Shown here in pieces: positions 57,840 to 64,000 of a stretch of DNA of 64,000 nucleotides. Position numbers and translations under genes: made by a program. Every line of letters begins with the position of its first letter. Position 1 is the first letter of the stretch. The DNA is taken from assembly GCA_947585795.1 (NCBI GenBank), contig CANPXG010000003.1, positions 6,171 to 70,170 on the forward strand. The letters run 5' to 3'. The notes beneath the pieces were generated by a model. It was not told where the DNA came from and ran no database searches. It saw only the letters and a list, made by a program, of their open reading frames with translations. Source of the stretch: an uncultured Clostridia bacterium. Its GTDB lineage: Bacteria > Bacillota > Clostridia > UBA1381.

Positions 57840-58247
57840 TTATTTGCCGAGTGCCGCGTCAATAGCCGCCTTAAGCTCCGCCTTGTCCGAGCACTTGGGA
57901 TTCATCGCCGAAATATCGTTTGACGTGTTCAGCATGATGAGCATCGGAGTCTGTCCCTGCACTGGGAAGTTGCTTGCCGCCTCGGTATTTTCGTCTATAT
58001 TGATAACGTCAAACACAACCTTACCGTCGTACTCCTTCTGAAGCTCGTCCACGGCGTTCTGTGCCGCGTCAAAGTCCTCGTCGCTGTTTGACACGAAGTA
58101 CATAAACGTCGGCGTTACCTCTTCCTGATTTGTTACGTTCACGTCCGTGGACGCGTCGCCCTCGCCGGTTTTGTCATTGCCGCACGATGCAAGCGCGGGC
58201 AAAGTCAGCATTGCCGCCAAAATTACAGAAATTACTTTTTTGTTCAT
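57840..58247 (-). CDS. Lipoprotein with thioredoxin-like fold, no CxxC
   Basis: Lipobox LASC; ELQKEYDGKVVFDVINIDEN..F..V..TP pattern. Confidence 0.7.
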   Translation of the reverse strand: MNKKVISVILAAMLTLPALASCGNDKTGEGDASTDVNVTNQEEVTPTFMYFVSNSDEDFDAAQNAVDELQKEYDGKVVFDVINIDENTEAASNFPVQGQTPMLIMLNTSNDISAMNPKCSDKAELKAAIDAALGK

Positions 58248-58251
58248 TGTT

Positions 58252-59559
58252 TTATTCCTCCGTTTTTAATTGTTTTTTTAGTATATCAAGCGCGCGCAGC
58301 GCTATTTTGCCGTATCTTTCCTGCTTTGAGCGTACACGCTCGTTAAGTCCTTCTATTATGCCGAAATTCGCGTTCATCGGCTGAAAATTACTCGCGTCGC
58401 CGCTTGATATGTATATCGGCAGCGCACCTATGCAAGTCATTGCGTCGGGCTCGAACATATTCTCATCCTTGAGCAACGACGCCGCGTTATACCCCGCCAA
58501 AATACCGCTTGACGCGCTCTCGACATAGCCTTCAACGCCCGTGATCTGTCCCGCGAAAAATACCTTTGGATACTTTATCATACGGTAATACTTGTCCAAA
58601 AGGCACGGCGAATTTATATACGTGTTTCTGTGCATTACGCCGTAACGCGCAAACTCCGCGTTCTCAAGTCCCGGTATCATCGAAAATACTCTCTTTTGTT
58701 CACCGAATTTCAAATTTGTTTGAAATCCCACCAAATTATACAGCGTTCCCTCACGGTTATCCTGACGAAGCTGCACGACGGCGTACGCGTCGTCCTTACC
58801 CGTCCTCGGATCTACAAGTCCTACGGGCTTTAACGGTCCGAACGTCAGCGTCTGTTCGCCGCGTTTCGCCATTACCTCCACCGGCATACAGCCCTCGAAC
58901 ACCTTACTGTTTTCAAACTCGTGAAGCTCCGCCGTTTCGGCGTTTACAAGCTCACGGTAAAACGCATCGTACTCGTCCTTTGTCATCGGACAATTTATAT
59001 AATCCGCGCCTCCCTTGCCGTAACGCGCCGCGCGGAACACCTTTTCCGTATCTATACTTTCCGCCGTTACCACCGGTGCCGCCGCGTCGTAAAAGTAAAG
59101 CTCGTCACCGCCCGTAAGGCGCGACACTTCCTTTGCCATCGCGTCGGACGTTAAGGGACCGGTGGCGATTATCGTGTACTCGTCGGTATTTATTTCGCTC
59201 ACTTCGCCGTAACTTATCTTAATAAGCGGGTGCGACTTTATTTTATCGGTGATGTACGATGAAAAAATATCACGATCCACCGCCAGCGCGCCGCCCGCCG
59301 GTACGCGGCTCACGTCCGCCGCCTCCATCATGAGCGAACCGAAAAGCCGCATTTCCTCTTTTAAAAGTCCGCACGCGTTTTCTATGCGTTCCGCCTTGAG
59401 CGAATTTGAACACACAAGCTCCGCAAAGCTTTCGCTTTTGTGCGCGGGCGAGTACTTTTTGGGCTTCATCTCACAAAGCTCTACGTTAATGCCGCGCTTT
59501 GCAAGCTGCCAAGCCGCTTCACAGCCCGCCAGTCCCGCACCTATTACTTTAACCTTCAT
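58252..59559 (-). CDS. trmFO: tRNA (uracil-5-)-methyltransferase TrmFO
   Basis: [33 protein letters not shown]. Confidence 0.97.
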   Translation of the reverse strand: MKVKVIGAGLAGCEAAWQLAKRGINVELCEMKPKKYSPAHKSESFAELVCSNSLKAERIENACGLLKEEMRLFGSLMMEAADVSRVPAGGALAVDRDIFSSYITDKIKSHPLIKISYGEVSEINTDEYTIIATGPLTSDAMAKEVSRLTGGDELYFYDAAAPVVTAESIDTEKVFRAARYGKGGADYINCPMTKDEYDAFYRELVNAETAELHEFENSKVFEGCMPVEVMAKRGEQTLTFGPLKPVGLVDPRTGKDDAYAVVQLRQDNREGTLYNLVGFQTNLKFGEQKRVFSMIPGLENAEFARYGVMHRNTYINSPCLLDKYYRMIKYPKVFFAGQITGVEGYVESASSGILAGYNAASLLKDENMFEPDAMTCIGALPIYISSGDASNFQPMNANFGIIEGLNERVRSKQERYGKIALRALDILKKQLKTEE

Positions 59560-61639
59560 TCTTTTTACTTACCTTGCGCTCGTAATCGCAGTCCTCGTTT
59601 ATGCAGAAGATTTTGCCGTTTCTTCCCGTCTTTTTAAGAAGCAGTCCGCCGCACTTGGGGCACTTTTCCTTAAGCGGCATATCCCACGCCATAAAGTCGC
59701 ACTTCGGAAGCTTTTCGCACGCGTAGTACGTCTTACCCTTGCGCGAATGTCTGACGAGTATCTCGCCGCCGCACTTCGGGCACTCCGCGCCCGTGCCTTC
59801 GCGTATGGACATCGTGTTTCGGCACTCGGGATAACCCGGGCACGCGAGAAATTTACCGAACTTGCTCAGCTTATACACCATATGTCTGCCGCACTTATCG
59901 CATATTATGTCGCTGACCTCGTCCTTTATCTCTATCTTTTCGATAGCCTCCTGCGCCTTTTCGAGATTATCCTTAAACGGCGGATAGAACTCGTTAAGTA
60001 CCTTTTTCCACTCTATCGCACCCTCTTCGATCTCGTCAAGCTCCTCCTCCATACCGGCGGTAAACTCAACGTCCACTATATTTGAGAAATTATTTTTCAT
60101 AATTTCCGACGTGACAAATCCAAGCTCCGTGGGCACGAGCTGCTTTTTGCTCCGCACGACGTACCCGCGCGACACGATCGTCGATATGGTCGGCGCATAC
60201 GTTGACGGTCTGCCTATACCGTTCTGCTCAAGCTCTCTCACGAGCGCCGCCTCTGTATACCGCGGGGGCGGCTGGGTGAAGTGCTGCTTTTCCTCGAGAT
60301 TTTTCAGCTTCGCATCCTGTCCTTCGGTAAGCGGCGGGAGCATCTTACTCTTTTTCTCCTCGTTATCGTTGGACTCCACGTACACGGCTGTGTAACCCTT
60401 GAACTTTACGCTTGAACCGCTTGCCTTGAACGTATGTCCGTTCGCGTCGAGCGTTACCTGCATCGTGTCATACACGGCGCTCGCCATTTGACTTGCCGCA
60501 AAGCGCTCCCATATGAGCTTGTAGAGCTTATACTGGTCGTTCGTCAGCTTATCCTTTATCGAAATCGGCGTTATGGTTATAGAAGTCGGACGTATCGCCT
60601 CATGCGCGTCCTGCGCGTTCTTTTTCGCCTTATACTGCCTCGGCGTTACGTACTCCTTGCCGTACTCACTTGCAAGATACGCCGCCGCTTCTCTCTGCGC
60701 GTCGTCCGCTATTCTGAGCGAGTCCGTTCTCATGTACGTTATAAGACCTACGGAGCCTATTCGTCCGCCTATGTTTACGCCCTCGTAAAGCGTCTGCGCG
60801 ATCTGCATCGTTTTAGCCGTTTGAAATCCGAATTTTCTCGACGCGTCCTGCTGTAAAGTACTCGTTGTAAACGGCGGCTGCGGATTACGCTTTTGCTGAC
60901 CGCGCTTTACGCTTTCAACAACGAACCTCGCGTCCTTAAGTCCTTCCGTGACAGCCTTCGTTTCCGCCGCGTTTGAGAGTTTTTTCTCCTTACCGTGCTC
61001 ACCGTAATACAAGGCTTTAAAATCCTTCTTCGATGCCGTATCTGTAAGAAGCGCCTCTATTGACCAATACTCCTGCGGAGTAAAGTTTTCTATCTCCTCC
61101 TCACGGTCGCATATAAGCCTCGTCGCCACGGACTGCACGCGTCCCGCGCTAAGACCTCTCTTTACCTTTTTCCATAGGATGGGACTTATCGTGTAGCCGA
61201 CTATTCTGTCAAGTACGCGCCGCGCCTGCTGCGCGTCAACCAAGTCCATATCTATTGGGCGCGGCTCCTTTATAGCCGCTTTCACCGCCGTTTTCGTGAT
61301 TTCGTTAAACGTGACACGGCATTTTGACTGCGGGTTTATACCCAGCGCACGCGCAAGATGCCAGCTTATCGCCTCTCCCTCGCGGTCGGGGTCTGTTGCG
61401 AGATACACGATGTCCGCCTTTTTCGCTTCCTTCTTGAGCTTTGAAAGAAGCTCGCCCTTTCCTCTTATTGTAATATATCTCGGAGTGAAATCATTATCGA
61501 GGTCAACGCCCATCTGACTTTTCGGCAAATCTATTATATGTCCCATAGAAGCCATTACATTGTAGTCGCTGCCGAGATATTTTTTTATTGTTCCCGCCTT
61601 CGCGGGCGACTCTACGATAAGTAATTTTTTCGCTGCCAT
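59549..61639 (-). CDS. topA: DNA topoisomerase I
   Basis: [30 protein letters not shown]-terminal Zn ribbons. Confidence 0.98.
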   Translation of the reverse strand: MAAKKLLIVESPAKAGTIKKYLGSDYNVMASMGHIIDLPKSQMGVDLDNDFTPRYITIRGKGELLSKLKKEAKKADIVYLATDPDREGEAISWHLARALGINPQSKCRVTFNEITKTAVKAAIKEPRPIDMDLVDAQQARRVLDRIVGYTISPILWKKVKRGLSAGRVQSVATRLICDREEEIENFTPQEYWSIEALLTDTASKKDFKALYYGEHGKEKKLSNAAETKAVTEGLKDARFVVESVKRGQQKRNPQPPFTTSTLQQDASRKFGFQTAKTMQIAQTLYEGVNIGGRIGSVGLITYMRTDSLRIADDAQREAAAYLASEYGKEYVTPRQYKAKKNAQDAHEAIRPTSITITPISIKDKLTNDQYKLYKLIWERFAASQMASAVYDTMQVTLDANGHTFKASGSSVKFKGYTAVYVESNDNEEKKSKMLPPLTEGQDAKLKNLEEKQHFTQPPPRYTEAALVRELEQNGIGRPSTYAPTISTIVSRGYVVRSKKQLVPTELGFVTSEIMKNNFSNIVDVEFTAGMEEELDEIEEGAIEWKKVLNEFYPPFKDNLEKAQEAIEKIEIKDEVSDIICDKCGRHMVYKLSKFGKFLACPGYPECRNTMSIREGTGAECPKCGGEILVRHSRKGKTYYACEKLPKCDFMAWDMPLKEKCPKCGGLLLKKTGRNGKIFCINEDCDYERKVSKKNEG

Positions 61640-61657
61640 AGCTTTCTCTCTCCCCTT

Positions 61658-62869
61658 TTATATCTTTATCTGATACCTGCCTCCCGGTAAACGTTCGACA
61701 TGTCCCTTCATTTCAAGCATTACAAGCCTCGTGTTCAATTCACCGACGGGAATACCCGTGCCTCTCGATATTTCATCTATATGCAGATCCGACTTGCGAA
61801 GCATATCGACAATTTCCCTGTCGCCTCCGGTCAGATTTTTATATTGTTCGCTGTTTTGAGTATTAACTGCCTTTGGTTTTATCGCTGTTTTTTCCGTTTT
61901 CTCCTCATTTTGCGTCTTTTCCGTATCGTTTTGAGCACTCTCCGTTTTCGGCGCGGACGCGCGCTTTCTTTTCGGCGCGTTTTCCCGGTCGGGACGCACG
62001 CGTTTCGCGTAAGGATACTCCGAAAGTATATCGTCGGCGCTCATTACAAGCTTCGCGCCCTGCTGTATCAAAATATTTGTGCCCGTAAACCGCGCGTCCG
62101 TAATGTCACGGGGCACGGCGAACACGTCGCGGTTATTTTCGAGCGCGAACCGCGCCGTTATGAGCGCGCCGCTTTTCGGCGGAGCCTCTGTAACGAGTAC
62201 GCCGCGTGAAAGTCCCGCGATAATTCTGTTGCGTATCGGAAAATTTGTACCTATCGGCGCGGTACCGAGTGGAAACTCTGACATTATACAGCCCTTTTCC
62301 GTCATCGCCGCGTAAAGCTCCGCGTTATCGCGCGGATAAACCTTGTCTATGCCGCAGCCTATAACGCCGACCGATATTCCTCCTCGCTCTATCGTAGACC
62401 AAGCTCCCACCGCGTCTATACCCGTCGCGAGCCCGTTTATCGTCACCGCGCCCGCGTCCGCGAGATCCGCGCATATGCGCTCCGTGACGAGATTTCCGTA
62501 ATCCGAGGCGCGCCTTGTACCGACAACTCCTATTGTCAGCACCTCGTCAAGCTCGGGAAGCTTGCCCATAATATATAATAGGTACGGAGGATCGGGTATA
62601 TTCTTCAAAATTTGAGGATAATTTTCACTGTCGTAAGCGATGATTTTACCGCCGAGCTTGTAAATACCCTCAAGCTCCTTCTTTGCCTTAGTCAAATCCT
62701 TGTCGAGAAGAAGCGAGCGCTCCTTCTCCTTTATGCCGTATATATTATTGTAGTTTTTTGAAAAATATATGTCCTCGATGCTGTCAAAGCGCTCAAAAAG
62801 ACGCGCAGCATGCGTGCCGGCTATGCGGAATTTAGTCGTAAGCCAAAGCCAGTAAAGAATATGCTCCAT
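61658..62869 (-). CDS. dprA: DNA processing protein DprA
   Basis: VVGTR, GLATGID, FPIRNRIIAG, SGALITA; dprA-topA-trmFO synteny. Confidence 0.95.
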   Translation of the reverse strand: MEHILYWLWLTTKFRIAGTHAARLFERFDSIEDIYFSKNYNNIYGIKEKERSLLLDKDLTKAKKELEGIYKLGGKIIAYDSENYPQILKNIPDPPYLLYIMGKLPELDEVLTIGVVGTRRASDYGNLVTERICADLADAGAVTINGLATGIDAVGAWSTIERGGISVGVIGCGIDKVYPRDNAELYAAMTEKGCIMSEFPLGTAPIGTNFPIRNRIIAGLSRGVLVTEAPPKSGALITARFALENNRDVFAVPRDITDARFTGTNILIQQGAKLVMSADDILSEYPYAKRVRPDRENAPKRKRASAPKTESAQNDTEKTQNEEKTEKTAIKPKAVNTQNSEQYKNLTGGDREIVDMLRKSDLHIDEISRGTGIPVGELNTRLVMLEMKGHVERLPGGRYQIKI

Positions 62870-62921
62870 ACTTTCACCACCCGAAATACCCTTGTTACAT
62901 TACTACAAAATCCAAAAAATG

Positions 62922-63689
62922 TCAAGACCTTTGTCTTAAAAGCTCGTACATAAGTATACCCGCCGCCACGCCTACGTTTAGCGACTCCGCTTTTCCCGCT
63001 ATCGGAATTTTCACTTTTTCGCACATTGCAAGCACCTCGCCGCTTATCCCGTTCGCCTCGTTGCCCAAAACTATGATCGTCGGTAGCGTCATATCGGCGC
63101 GGCGATAGTCTATGCTGTCCTTCGTGAGCGCTCCTCCGAAAAGCGTAAATCCTTTTTCTTTATAGCTTGCAAGCTTTTCCGCCGTCACGTCCTTAACTAT
63201 GCGCACATTAAAAAACGAGCCCATGCTTGCCCGCACGGTTTTCGGGCTGTAAGCGTCGGCGCAAAGCGGCGAAAGCAGCACAGCGTCGAAGCCCGCCGCG
63301 TCGGCGGTACGTATGATAGTGCCCAAATTCCCCGGATCGTTCACCGCGTCACAGTAGACATAGGGCTTTTTTAGGTCTATCTCAAATGAAACGTCCTCGA
63401 TTTTAATAACGGCAAGTATTCCCTGCGGCGCTTTCGTGTCGCACATTTTCTCAAATACCTCGTCAGATACGCGGTACACAGGAATGTTATCGGGATAGTC
63501 AAACTCCTCGTTTTCCGTAAAGGAACGTGACGCGTAAATCGCCGTCACCTTTCTTTCGGACGCGAGTGCGTCGCGCACGGACTTTATTCCCTCGGCCGTG
63601 TACTCACCGTTTTTATCCCTCGCCTTCTTCATGGCAAGCGATTTCACGTATTTAAATTTATTGTTTGAAAATGATGTAATTTCTAACAT
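62922..63689 (-). CDS. TrmH/SpoU family RNA methyltransferase
   Basis: DPGNLGTIIRTA, GNEANG, AESLNVG. Confidence 0.93.
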   Translation of the reverse strand: MLEITSFSNNKFKYVKSLAMKKARDKNGEYTAEGIKSVRDALASERKVTAIYASRSFTENEEFDYPDNIPVYRVSDEVFEKMCDTKAPQGILAVIKIEDVSFEIDLKKPYVYCDAVNDPGNLGTIIRTADAAGFDAVLLSPLCADAYSPKTVRASMGSFFNVRIVKDVTAEKLASYKEKGFTLFGGALTKDSIDYRRADMTLPTIIVLGNEANGISGEVLAMCEKVKIPIAGKAESLNVGVAAGILMYELLRQRS

Positions 63690-63862
63690 ATCCAAAGTCC
63701 CCGTAAAGTATTATGAGGTCATTATATACCCAAATCAAAAAATTATCAATACAAATTTATCCGTAACAAAAAAAATAGGGGTGCGTATTATAACATAAGA
63801 ACGTTAAAAACGCGTTTTTTAAGCAAAAAATATGTAACATAACACAAAAGGAGATGTTTTCA

Positions 63863-64000
63863 TTGCAATCAAACGTAGTATTTGCGCTGTCGCTCACGGT
63901 CCTTGCGGGTCTTGCGACAGGCGCGGGGAGCGTCATCGCGCTATTCGCAAAAACTTCCAACACAAAATTCCTCGCCGGCTCTCTCGGCTTTTCCGCGGGA
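63863..64000 (+). CDS. zupT: ZIP family zinc transporter ZupT (5' part; runs off the window end)
   Basis: Hand translation MQSNVVFALSLTVLAGLATGAGSVIALF...FLAGSLGFSAG; RBS AAGGAG. Confidence 0.85.
   Translation, partial: MQSNVVFALSLTVLAGLATGAGSVIALFAKTSNTKFLAGSLGFSAG

Overview
Chromosomal window from a spore-forming Clostridia bacterium. Gene content (spoVAC/D/E, gpr, yqfC/D, ylbJ, SLH protein) suggests a gut Oscillospirales/Monoglobales-like organism; this is inference only. Most genes lie on the minus strand and are housekeeping: alr, nnrDE, rdgB, engB, lon, pfkA, prmC, obgE, feoAB, rplU/rpmA, trpB, galM, rpsT, recO, era, ybeY, phoH, ymfF/H, trmFO, topA, dprA. There is one tRNA-Gly(GCC), two small polysaccharide/teichoic-acid clusters and two type II toxin-antitoxin pairs. 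No CRISPR array, prophage or intact transposase was seen. The main novelty is an accessory block at about 18.4-23.3 kb. (i) Two tandem, sigA-promoter-driven structured RNA-like units of about 215 nt have unrelated cores but a covarying closing stem and a shared antiterminator/terminator tail; the second is the leader of a BspA-type LRR surface-protein gene. (ii) A BlaI/BlaR1-like system is genetically split: the M56 protease stops before the autocleavage loop, and the missing 'loop + TM + ectodomain' part is supplied by two tandem paralogous genes. Other oddities are a fruK collapsed to 54 aa, an RHH-less MazE, a protease-less LonB, local absence of prp with an L27 lacking its N-terminal extension, and nested REP-like hairpin clusters. 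Several small genes missing from the ORF track were read by hand.
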